A stretch of DNA of 20,795 bases, from assembly GCA_033764315.1 (NCBI GenBank), contig JANRJA010000240.1, positions 1 through 20,795 of the forward strand, given 5' to 3'. Of this stretch, positions 6,712 to 14,962 are shown in pieces; positions within the stretch are counted from its first letter, which is position 1, and each line of letters starts with the position of its first letter. The notes beneath the pieces are model-generated. The model was given only the letters and a program-made list of their open reading frames with translations, had not been told where the DNA came from and searched no databases. This stretch comes from Oculatellaceae cyanobacterium bins.114 (GTDB lineage Bacteria > Cyanobacteriota > Cyanobacteriia > Elainellales > Elainellaceae). The translations under genes and the position numbers were made by a program.

Positions 6712-8580
6712 TCAAATCACCGTTGTCATAGATGGCTCATCCTGGTGAGGGTCTTCAGTCGTTGAGGATTCAGTCGTTTCAGCTGTTTCAGATGGGGTTT
6801 CTGCACCTGAGGCTTCCGATGCCGATTCAGTCGATGCCTGTTCAGCCACCCAGGTTGCAGACGGATCTGTGATTACCGCTTCATCAAGCACTGGAGCATC
6901 AACGGGAATATCCATCGCCCCATCAGGCTCAACGGGAATATCCACTAAAACATCCCATTGAGACTCATCTGAGGCATCAACCGATGGGTCGATGGATACG
7001 TCAGTCGGGACGTCTAAGGATGAATCGCTGAGGGACTCTGCTGGCGTGTCTATTACTGGATCGGCTAACGGATCGGCTGTCGGGTCTAGTGAAATCAGTT
7101 CTGGAGAGGACTCCACTCCAGAACCGTCTACAAACAACTCTTCATGCACAACGGGTTCAGCCGGAGGCTCAGAGAACGGGTCTGCGTGATCTGCCGGGGG
7201 CACCACTATATCTGAGACGAGCTGTTCTTGAGGCATCTCAGCCTGCGGTGTCGTCTCTTCGCTAGAAAATTCAGAGGGAGTCGCCTCAATGGGAGCATCA
7301 ATCGATGTCTCTTCAGGAGAGCTGCTGTAGTCTGTTATCGCCGCTCCACTTTCTGAGGTAGCATCAGAGGCACCATACTCAGAGGCAGCATGATCGGCGG
7401 GAACATAGTCAGAAGTCGCATCGGAGGCAAGATTGTCGGAGGCAGCACTATCGGAGGCAGCACTATCAGAGGCAACATAGGAGGTCGCATCGCCTGAGAT
7501 AGACTGCTCAGCCACAAAGTCTTTCCCTAATACAGGGGCAAAGGCTTCCTTCTTAGACACTTCTTCTTTGTCACCGCTATAAATCTCAGCCAAAGCATCG
7601 CGCATTTCTTGAACCCAGCCTGCATTTTCGCTCTGAACGATTGCTTCAGCACTTTGCACCAGGGTTTCAATATTGGCAGACGATGCCTTTGAATCGTCTG
7701 AGAGTGCCCGCCACCAAGTGCGCACGTCATATAAATCGGCAGCAGCCGTATTGCAGGCAACGATGGTTGTCTCGACCCCTTTAAATTCTAAAAAAGTGGC
7801 GAAAGCGGTGGCTAGTGCCCCACTGATAGCTACCCAAATTTCTAGATTAAAGGCCGCCAATGCAGTGCCTAATCCTCCTAACAAGATGATCACCAACTGA
7901 AACCGTTGTAATTCGGTGGTGAATTTAACTGATTTTCGTTGGTAGTAGGTAAATTGATCCTCAATGCGCCACAGCAGATATTGCTCAGCCGTCATATCAC
8001 TAAAGCCATCATCCCCTTCGGCGGTGCTGTATTGGGGAGGCAGCTTGCCTTTATAGGCTTCTAGCCCGGTTTGATTGACCTGAGTCTCCATTAGGCGTTT
8101 GTTGATGATCTTGGCTTTTTTGGCCAAGTGCACATCTCGCGTCTCAGTTCCTAAAGCGGTGGGGCTGTATTCACCAACCCGCATGCGATAGAGATAAATC
8201 TCTTTTTTGAGGGCTTCTGCGCTGCTGCGGAGGGCGATCCAGTTAGCACCCATGTTAAACCGCAAAGAGTAGGCAATTAGCGCGGTGGAGAGAATAGGAA
8301 CTAGCACAACAAACACGTGCAATGCAGGTAGAAACTGGTCTTGTAAAAAGCGATTGACGAAGTCTGACAACCAGGGAATGCCATTTTCACTTCTATTCTC
8401 TAAAACGGTGTAGATAATAGCTAGGGTGGTTGCCGCAACTCCCAAAACCAAAATCAGCTTGCGCTGTTGGATAAAGCGTTTCTGTGCTTTGGTGGCATTG
8501 AAATCATATCGACTATAACGGTCCCACGCATCTTCTAAGATTGGGTTACGGGGGGCGGTGGTTGGAGTGTCGGATGTCAT
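6712..8580 (-). CDS. Tandem SLATT-type (DUF4231 + SLATT_1-like) membrane protein with long acidic tail
   Basis: First TM pair then WIALRSSAEALKKEIYLY; second module YLLWRIEDQFTYYQRK, TM pair, LVQSAEAIVQSENAGW; residues ~335-622 are D/E/S/P/A-rich low complexity. Confidence 0.82.
   Translation of the reverse strand: MTSDTPTTAPRNPILEDAWDRYSRYDFNATKAQKRFIQQRKLILVLGVAATTLAIIYTVLENRSENGIPWLSDFVNRFLQDQFLPALHVFVVLVPILSTALIAYSLRFNMGANWIALRSSAEALKKEIYLYRMRVGEYSPTALGTETRDVHLAKKAKIINKRLMETQVNQTGLEAYKGKLPPQYSTAEGDDGFSDMTAEQYLLWRIEDQFTYYQRKSVKFTTELQRFQLVIILLGGLGTALAAFNLEIWVAISGALATAFATFLEFKGVETTIVACNTAAADLYDVRTWWRALSDDSKASSANIETLVQSAEAIVQSENAGWVQEMRDALAEIYSGDKEEVSKKEAFAPVLGKDFVAEQSISGDATSYVASDSAASDSAASDNLASDATSDYVPADHAASEYGASDATSESGAAITDYSSSPEETSIDAPIEATPSEFSSEETTPQAEMPQEQLVSDIVVPPADHADPFSEPPAEPVVHEELFVDGSGVESSPELISLDPTADPLADPVIDTPAESLSDSSLDVPTDVSIDPSVDASDESQWDVLVDIPVEPDGAMDIPVDAPVLDEAVITDPSATWVAEQASTESASEASGAETPSETAETTESSTTEDPHQDEPSMTTVI
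7421..7480 (-). repeat. 15-bp coding tandem repeats (SDSAA-type) in the acidic tail
   Basis: TCGGAGGCAAGATTG / TCGGAGGCAGCACTA / TCGGAGGCAGCACTA / TCAGAGGCAACATAG. Confidence 0.85.
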
Positions 8581-8645
8581 TCAGTTCTCCCTGATTGCGA
8601 TCGCAGCCTCGTCTGTGCTTCTATATTCGTTTCTACCGTAAGGTA

Positions 8646-9389
8646 TTATTCCTTACCTGCGAAAATCATTTCTATGGTTTTAGTCAATTCTTCACGTCCA
8701 GCGGTCAAATCTATCGCCTTTACTAGCCCAGATTGTATGATCTCTTGGGCCCGTTGATCAGTGGCTTGCCCCCGCAACACAGCGGCCAAGACATCGGCAG
8801 TGCGTCCGCTGCCCGCCATCGTAATCACCGATCGCCCTTCCTGCACATTTTGGGAGGCATCCTTCCAACTCACTTCACCTCCATTGATGAGCACAGCCAC
8901 CGATGGTTGGTCGTCTGCCAACACACTAGCCACATCGGCTATCCAGGGAGACTCATCGCCCCAGTTAGACCCTGGAATCAACAGAAAATGCGTATGGTTT
9001 GACTCTAATGAAGCGGCATCTGGAGAGGTGGCCGATTGACCCGGCAAAACCGCTAAACCCACTGGAGTCACCCCAATTAAGGGAAATGAGGCATTGAGTG
9101 TCGATCGTGCCTGCCCCATCAAGCGCATCACCCCAGCGTCGGTGCCCCCATCCACGACACAGGCTCCCCATTGGGTTGCCAGCGGAGCCAAAACTTCTAA
9201 AAACAAAAGTTGCACTCGGTTGAAATCTTCGTCACTCAGTTTACTGGCACCTCCAATGATGACCAACACTCGCTGTCTCTTGGGCAACCCTAGCTCTTTC
9301 AACGCTTGCCACAAGGTTGCTGGAGTTTGGACTTGAACCGCTGTTGCGATCGCACCAGTGGGGAAGGTGATTCGGAAGGGTTTTTCCAT
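8646..9389 (-). CDS. LSDAT-type SLOG-superfamily protein (prokaryotic homologue of TRPM N-terminal SLOG domain)
   Basis: VLVIIGGA, VVDGGTDAGVMRLMG, LIGVTP, LESNHTHFLLIPGSNWGDESPW, VLINGGEV, AGSGRTAD; start chosen at ATG 9389 (MEKPF) rather than 9449. Confidence 0.88.
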   Translation of the reverse strand: MEKPFRITFPTGAIATAVQVQTPATLWQALKELGLPKRQRVLVIIGGASKLSDEDFNRVQLLFLEVLAPLATQWGACVVDGGTDAGVMRLMGQARSTLNASFPLIGVTPVGLAVLPGQSATSPDAASLESNHTHFLLIPGSNWGDESPWIADVASVLADDQPSVAVLINGGEVSWKDASQNVQEGRSVITMAGSGRTADVLAAVLRGQATDQRAQEIIQSGLVKAIDLTAGREELTKTIEMIFAGKE

Positions 9390-9597
9390 GAACCAATTGC
9401 CAGGAATGAAGCGGAGAATGAAATTAAAGAAGGCTAAACCGTTAAACATTGAAGGTATAGGGAACTGTCAGAAGTTGGTATTCTGCGTCACGAGTGAATG
9501 TATGAATCCTACCGAGTGCGATCGCATTTCGCACAGAAACATTAGTTTTTTGTAATCAGCAAAGAATTGAGATACCTGAATTGAAGACATGAATGGA

Positions 9598-9625
9598 GTC
9601 AGGGCAGTTTGTGAAACACCCCTAG
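9598..9625. repeat. Degenerate REP-like palindrome
   Basis: GTCAGGGCAGTTTGTGAAACACCCCTAG resembles the 13802-13826 element. Confidence 0.45.
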
Positions 9626-9690
9626 TGATAGTGAGTAATCCCCCCAATCATGGTCAAATTCAGTCATATCCTGAATTCAAGCTTCTTGAA

Positions 9691-11283
9691 TTATTGACCA
9701 GAAATCTGTAGCTGCAACACCTGAATCAAATATTGAGTCAATATAAATGCATCGACTCCTAACTCAGTCCGATCTTGTTTTGCCAAAATAGCGGCCTGAG
9801 CATGCCACCAAACCGAAGTTTGTACAATCTTTTCAATAGAAACAGGATACTGCGTTGCTGAGATTTGTGCGATTAAGCCGCCCAAGACTCCCGTGAGCAC
9901 GTCTCCACTGCCACCGCGTGCCAGAGCCGGAGTGCTATCGGGGTTAACCCACACCGTTCCTTTGGGGTTGGCGATCGCCAAGCGTGCCCCCTTGAGTAAA
10001 ACGATCGCCCCACTGTGGGTGGCTGCCGATCGCACGGCTACTAAGCGATCGCTCAGATCGACCTCTGGAAATAACCGTTTGAATTCGCCGGGGTGGGGTG
10101 TCAAGACGGTTGGTGCTGAACGCTGCGCTAGAGTTGGCAGAGTTCCTAAGATCGCTAAACTGTTTAACCCATCAGCATCGAGCACCAGTGGACAAGAGGC
10201 AGCTAACACCTGGTGCACCAATCCAGTAGCATCAGAGCTTAAACCCGGACCACAGGCGATCGCTTGATATTTCGCCAGAACGACCGAATCGGGCAAATGG
10301 GCGATCGCTCCACTCTCGGTTTCGGGGCAACCGACGATCAATGCATCGGGTAGGTGAACGGTGAGCAGGGATTTGAGGGATTGGGGCACAGCGATCGACA
10401 ACATGCCCACTCCGCTGGCTCGCGCGGCCAACCCTGTGAGAATGGCGGCTCCCATATATTGCCCAGAACCGCACACCAGCAACAGATGCCCTTGTTTATA
10501 TTTATGCGTCGTGGGATGACGAGGTAAGGGCAAGGCCGCGATCGCACCGGTTGGGGTAATTCGTTGCACATCGGGCGTTTCTCCCAACACGGCCTGCACA
10601 TCTGCCAATGGCAAATCGAAATCAATCAATTCTGCTTCACCCACCGACTCCAACGCCTGATCATGGAGAAACGCCTGTTTCCACAGCCCCAAACAAAACG
10701 TGCGGTTTGCCCGAATTGCTGTTCCCAAGACCGACCCTGTGTCAGTGTGCAACCCCGATGGCAAGTCAATGCTGACAATGGGGATGGATAGTTGATTGAT
10801 CTGGGCGATCGCCTCTGCTATCAGTCCCTCAAGGGGTCGGGTTAATCCAAAGCCAAACAAGCCATCTACGATCAAGTCACAGTTGGATAGCGTCTCCACC
10901 GCCTCCACTGAGGAAATGCCCAGACTAGTGGCGTAGTTAGCGTGATGTTGGGTTAGTTCTTTTAATGAACTGAATGGGCAATACAGCAGCACTTCATATC
11001 CCTGAAAGTGCAGTTCTCGTGCCACCACCAGGGCATCGCCACCGTTGTGACCTGGTCCTACCAATATGCCGACCCGCCCCACCACTGAGCGAGGATACAG
11101 CGTCAAAATTCGACGGGTGATTAAGCCCGCCACCTTTTCCATCAGTGCTGCCACAGGCATTCCCGCTGCAAATACTCGCCCTTCAATAGCACTCATCTGA
11201 CTGGCGGTTACAGCGACTGACTGAATGTATTGAGTGCGGATATCAGGAGTCTGCTGGTGAGAAGGCTTTGAAGAGAGGTTCAT
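9691..11283 (-). CDS. nnr: Bifunctional NAD(P)H-hydrate epimerase/dehydratase (YjeF)
   Basis: LMEKVAG, VGPGHNGGDALVVAR, IVDGLFGFGL, SIDLPSG; THKYKQGH, ACGPGL, VLDADGLN, LTPHPGEF, LARGGSGDVLTG. Start placed at ATG 11283 because the extension to 11355 is repeat-derived. Confidence 0.95.
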   Translation of the reverse strand: MNLSSKPSHQQTPDIRTQYIQSVAVTASQMSAIEGRVFAAGMPVAALMEKVAGLITRRILTLYPRSVVGRVGILVGPGHNGGDALVVARELHFQGYEVLLYCPFSSLKELTQHHANYATSLGISSVEAVETLSNCDLIVDGLFGFGLTRPLEGLIAEAIAQINQLSIPIVSIDLPSGLHTDTGSVLGTAIRANRTFCLGLWKQAFLHDQALESVGEAELIDFDLPLADVQAVLGETPDVQRITPTGAIAALPLPRHPTTHKYKQGHLLLVCGSGQYMGAAILTGLAARASGVGMLSIAVPQSLKSLLTVHLPDALIVGCPETESGAIAHLPDSVVLAKYQAIACGPGLSSDATGLVHQVLAASCPLVLDADGLNSLAILGTLPTLAQRSAPTVLTPHPGEFKRLFPEVDLSDRLVAVRSAATHSGAIVLLKGARLAIANPKGTVWVNPDSTPALARGGSGDVLTGVLGGLIAQISATQYPVSIEKIVQTSVWWHAQAAILAKQDRTELGVDAFILTQYLIQVLQLQISGQ

Positions 11284-11299
11284 GAGAAATGTAGAAGAT

Positions 11300-11332
11300 G
11301 GAAGGCAAAGGGCAAAGGGCAGAAGGCAGAAT
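11300..11332. repeat. Short heptamer tandem repeat (STRR-like)
   Basis: GGAAGGCAAAGGGCAAAGGGCAGAAGGCAGAA. Confidence 0.65.
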
Positions 11333-11394
11333 TGCAACATGCTACACCTTGACAAAGATTTAGCTACTACACGTTAGACATGATTTTGAATTCT

Positions 11395-12207
11395 TCAGGG
11401 TGTCTCTGACTCTGTACTACCCATCTCTTGGGATGGATGTATGCCGTGACGTGCATAAACCCCATAACCGTCAGCAAATTGAAGAGCAGGTTCACCCTCG
11501 GCGTGGAGTCTATTGTCGTGATCGAAAGACAGCTTACAGGGGCGATCGCACGCGATACAAACCTTTTCAAATTGAAATATAAAACCACAATATTGCATCA
11601 ATTCCTGAAAAACTTTCCATTTTTCTCTGTCATGGTGCAGTCCAAGAACTGAAATGCAGAAATCAAACATACATCCCCAGATTGACCATCCTGCTGGTCT
11701 AACTAAGCTCATTGCAAAGTCTGAAACATTGGCAAATTCAAGTTCAGATTGGTCAAGATCGGTCATCAGTTGAAGTTCAGTACATTGTTCAATACCATAT
11801 GGAAAAAATGAAGCTTGTGGATTGCTCTCGGTAGGATAATGTGGAAATTCAGGAAATTGAATTTGGTTTCGTAAGCTGATGGCAAGCCCCTCTCCCAGTT
11901 GTTGTTTGATTCCGTGGTGAAGATGGTCTATCACTCTTTTTGAAAATCTAAGCCTGATACTATTTCCCGCATACTTCTCAAAATCCTGAGTAGCAAGAAT
12001 CTGCTTAATTGCTACGAAAGGATTACCGTAGAACCAAATTTCAGGCTCAGGATAATGACTTGCTGTATAAGCAGCTTTGATGATGGCTGAAACTTTTTGG
12101 GGATTGATAGGTTCGGTCAGCATGGCTATCGATCGCCACTTGTCCCGATAATTGGGAAGCATGGCTTCCTGTACAGGAGATAGCTTAGTAACAATATGTC
12201 TTGGCAT
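11395..12207 (-). CDS. DUF6745-family hypothetical protein
   Basis: KLSPVQEAMLPNYRDKWRSIA N-terminus and CGFIFQFEKVCIACDRPCKLSFD..NRLHAEGEPALQFADGYGVYA.HG C-terminus; start at ATG 12207 preferred over 12270. Confidence 0.8.
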   Translation of the reverse strand: MPRHIVTKLSPVQEAMLPNYRDKWRSIAMLTEPINPQKVSAIIKAAYTASHYPEPEIWFYGNPFVAIKQILATQDFEKYAGNSIRLRFSKRVIDHLHHGIKQQLGEGLAISLRNQIQFPEFPHYPTESNPQASFFPYGIEQCTELQLMTDLDQSELEFANVSDFAMSLVRPAGWSIWGCMFDFCISVLGLHHDREKWKVFQELMQYCGFIFQFEKVCIACDRPCKLSFDHDNRLHAEGEPALQFADGYGVYARHGIHPSQEMGSTESETP

Positions 12208-12347
12208 ATGCCTTCTTCCTTTGGCTTTCCTTTGTTCTTTAGCCCTAGTCCTTCCCTCTACCTTTGCCATATAAGGTCACTGTGAACCCTCTCCTGGTGG
12301 AAAGAGCGGTATTATCACCTCTGTATCTCTGCAAAATTCTATCGACC

Positions 12348-13751
12348 ATGTCAATGCTGACTGTGATTAATCCTGCAACGGGTGCGGTGCTGCAAGAGTT
12401 GCCTGTTGATGACTCAGAGGCGATCGCCCACAAAGTTGCCCAAGCAAAGGCGGCTCAACCCGAATGGGCAGCGCGTCCGATGTCAGAGCGAATTGACATC
12501 ATCCGTCAATTTAACGGGCTATTGACAGATCACGCTGAATCTCTGGCCCAACAACTTACCGCTGAGATGGGCAAACCCATTAAACAAGCCAGAGCAGAAG
12601 TGGGAACCACCTCTAGTCGCATCGGTTACTTTTTAGATCAAGTTGCAGCTGTGTTGGCGACGGAAACGGTGTTGCATGATCCCAGTCTGGGGTTGAAGGA
12701 GCAGATCAGTCATGAACCGTTGGGGGTGATTGCCAATATCTCTGCCTGGAACTATCCCTTTTTTGTCGGCTCAAATGTCTTTATTCCAGCTTTGCTAGCG
12801 GGAAATGCAGTGCTATACAAACCCTCTGAGTTTGCCTCTCTCACTGGGCTGTCAATCGCGCAACTGATGGCGGAGGCTGGCATCCCAGAGGGCATCTTTC
12901 AAGCTGTCATTGGCACGGGGCAAGTGGGCGCAGAATTGTTGACCCATCCCCTCAATGGCGTGTTTTTCACAGGCTCTTATGCGACTGGGTGCAAAATTGC
13001 GATCGCCGCTGCTCCGCATCTGATGAAAGTGCAACTCGAATTAGGGGGCAAAGACCCGGTTTATGTGGCAGAGGATGTGAGTGTGGCGTCTGTTGCCCCT
13101 GCGGTGGCTGATGGAGCGTTTTACAACACTGGACAAAGCTGTTGTGCGGTCGAACGAATTTATGTGCATGAGCAGGTTTATGAACCGTTTGTCGATGCCT
13201 TTATGGCGACCGTGCGTGACTTTCAGGTGGGCGATCCGACTGACGAAAACACTTACATCGGTTCGCTGGCTCGTCCGGCTCAGGTCGATTTCCTGAAATA
13301 TCAAGTGGAGGATGCCCTTGCGAAAGGGGCAAAATTACTCTGTGGGGGCGATCCTAAAGGAACCGGCATAGCCGCGCGCCTGGATCGTCCGGGTGCTTTT
13401 TTTGCCCCGACAGTATTGGTCAATGTTGATCACTCCATGTCGGTCATGCGAGACGAGAGCTTTGGCCCGATCATTGGCATTCAATCGGTACCAGATGACA
13501 GCGAAGCTTTGCGTCTCATGCAAGACACCTCCTATGGGCTGACCGCTGGCATCTATACTGCTAGCGAAGCCCGTGCAGAAGCCATGTTGAGGCAATTAAA
13601 TAGTGGCACTGTGTACTGGAACTGTTGCGATCGCGTCAGCCCTCGCTTACCCTGGTCAGGTCGAGGCCATTCTGGTATCGGCTTAACCCTCTCGACCTAT
13701 GGCATCCAAACCTTTACCCAACCCAAAGCATGGCACCTCAGAAACGGATAA
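12348..13751 (+). CDS. NAD(P)-dependent aldehyde dehydrogenase (possibly gamma-glutamyl-aminoaldehyde / semialdehyde dehydrogenase)
   Basis: VINPATG, ISAWNYP, YKPSE, FTGS, LELGGKDP, catalytic GQSCCAVER, ESFGP; start ATG 12348 or 12354. Confidence 0.93.
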   Translation: MSMLTVINPATGAVLQELPVDDSEAIAHKVAQAKAAQPEWAARPMSERIDIIRQFNGLLTDHAESLAQQLTAEMGKPIKQARAEVGTTSSRIGYFLDQVAAVLATETVLHDPSLGLKEQISHEPLGVIANISAWNYPFFVGSNVFIPALLAGNAVLYKPSEFASLTGLSIAQLMAEAGIPEGIFQAVIGTGQVGAELLTHPLNGVFFTGSYATGCKIAIAAAPHLMKVQLELGGKDPVYVAEDVSVASVAPAVADGAFYNTGQSCCAVERIYVHEQVYEPFVDAFMATVRDFQVGDPTDENTYIGSLARPAQVDFLKYQVEDALAKGAKLLCGGDPKGTGIAARLDRPGAFFAPTVLVNVDHSMSVMRDESFGPIIGIQSVPDDSEALRLMQDTSYGLTAGIYTASEARAEAMLRQLNSGTVYWNCCDRVSPRLPWSGRGHSGIGLTLSTYGIQTFTQPKAWHLRNG

Positions 13752-13801
13752 ACCCGGAAGAAAAGAGTTTTGTTCTAATTCATGAATGTTGATCCTGATA
13801 G

Positions 13802-13826
13802 CAGGGGCGTTTCGCGAAACCCCCTG
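13802..13826. repeat. REP-like palindrome / possible mRNA stem-loop after the ALDH gene
   Basis: CAGGGGCGTTTCG-CGAAACCCCCTG, a palindrome with a single unpaired base. Confidence 0.7.
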
Positions 13827-13887
13827 AAAACCCCATACATTTGATTGATCGGCAACACCGATTAAATCAGCTGATTTGTGGGATTTC

Positions 13888-14057
13888 TTCAGCCTTTATC
13901 CTCCAGCTTTTCTCCTTCAGCCTTTACCCCTCAGCCTTTATCCTCCAGCCTTTTCTCCTTCAGCCTTTTCTCCTTCAACCTTTCTCCTTCAGCCTTTATC
14001 CTTCAACCTTTCTCCTTCAGCCTTTTCTCCTTCAGCCTTTATCCTTCAGCCTTTCTT
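13888..14057. repeat. STRR-like tandem array of alternating TTCAGCC and TTTATCC/TTT(T)CTCC units
   Basis: About 12 composite 14-15 bp units, strongly pyrimidine-biased on +, ending about 10 nt before the ATG at 14067. Confidence 0.92.
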
Positions 14058-14066
14058 CTTTCCTGT

Positions 14067-14789
14067 ATGACCTCCCCTATCATTGGCATCACCACTTACG
14101 GTCGAAATGACCTCGGCGAGTTTCATCTCTATGCCGCCTATGTCGAAGCCCTGCGTCGAGCGGGTGGAGTGCCGATTTTATTACCCCCTGGCGAACAAAA
14201 CCTCGATCGCTTGATTGAGCGGTTAGATGGCTTGGTGTTTACGGGAGGGGGCGATATCGAGCCAACGCATTACAATGGCGATTTGCATCCAGCGATTTAT
14301 CGACTGGATGCTGAGCGTGACTCGTTTGAGCTAGCGTTAGCCCGTCGCGCCATTCAAGCTGATCTGCCGCTGTTAGGCATTTGCCGAGGATTGCAGGTAC
14401 TGAGTGTAGCCAGTGGTGGTAGGTTGCTGCCTCATGTTCCTGATACCTTTGGCACGGATGTCTTGCATCGTCAGGAACCGCTACACCCAACTCGACATGC
14501 AGTCACTGTTGCTCCGGATAGTTTAATTGCCTCGATTGTTGGCGCATCTGAGATGGAGGTGGTGTCGTGGCATCACCAAGCGGTGCCCACTGTTCCTCCA
14601 GGGTGGCAAGCGGTTGCTTATGCCCCTGATGGGTTGATTGAGGCACTAGAGCACCAAGATCACCCTTGGGCGATCGCCCTTCAGTGGCATCCTGAGCTGT
14701 CTGCGGCTCAAGACCCATTGCAACAACGCATTTTTGATGCCTTTGTTCAGGTGGCTCAAACGCGACTTTCTAAAGCCTCTAATTTTTAA
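14067..14789 (+). CDS. puuD: Gamma-glutamyl-gamma-aminobutyrate hydrolase family (peptidase C26, class I glutamine amidotransferase)
   Basis: PIIGITT, AGGVPILLP, LDGLVFTGGGDI, RDSFE, LLGICRGLQ (catalytic Cys), SWHHQAV, LQWHPE. True start MTSPIIG at 14067. Confidence 0.9.
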   Translation: MTSPIIGITTYGRNDLGEFHLYAAYVEALRRAGGVPILLPPGEQNLDRLIERLDGLVFTGGGDIEPTHYNGDLHPAIYRLDAERDSFELALARRAIQADLPLLGICRGLQVLSVASGGRLLPHVPDTFGTDVLHRQEPLHPTRHAVTVAPDSLIASIVGASEMEVVSWHHQAVPTVPPGWQAVAYAPDGLIEALEHQDHPWAIALQWHPELSAAQDPLQQRIFDAFVQVAQTRLSKASNF

Positions 14790-14962
14790 AGAGCAAAAAA
14801 ACTAAAATTCATCAAAAAAATCAAGAATTAAACCCTAAACTCCTCAAATTCTCTTATTAAGCCTGCCGGAGAGGTTAACATAAGGGTTTCAACAAAGGCG
14901 ATTACTGGGTGCAAAATCGTATGATTGTTTTTGGTGATACGGTTAAGGAATAAGGTTAGGCA

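Noticed and set aside
9390..9449. Longer starts for LSDAT (9449), nnr (11355), DUF6745 (12270) and ALDH (12264)
   Set aside because: Extensions are low-complexity or repeat-derived, or overlap the divergent gene; family-like sequence begins at the downstream ATGs.
9478..9491. Possible NtcA-like site GTA-N8-CAC upstream of LSDAT
   Set aside because: Imperfect match to GTA-N8-TAC with no supporting promoter evidence; expected by chance.
13841..14110. ORFs 13841..14110, 13876..14070 and the N-terminal extension of 13878..14789
   Set aside because: Products of the stop-free STRR tract; real gene starts at 14067.
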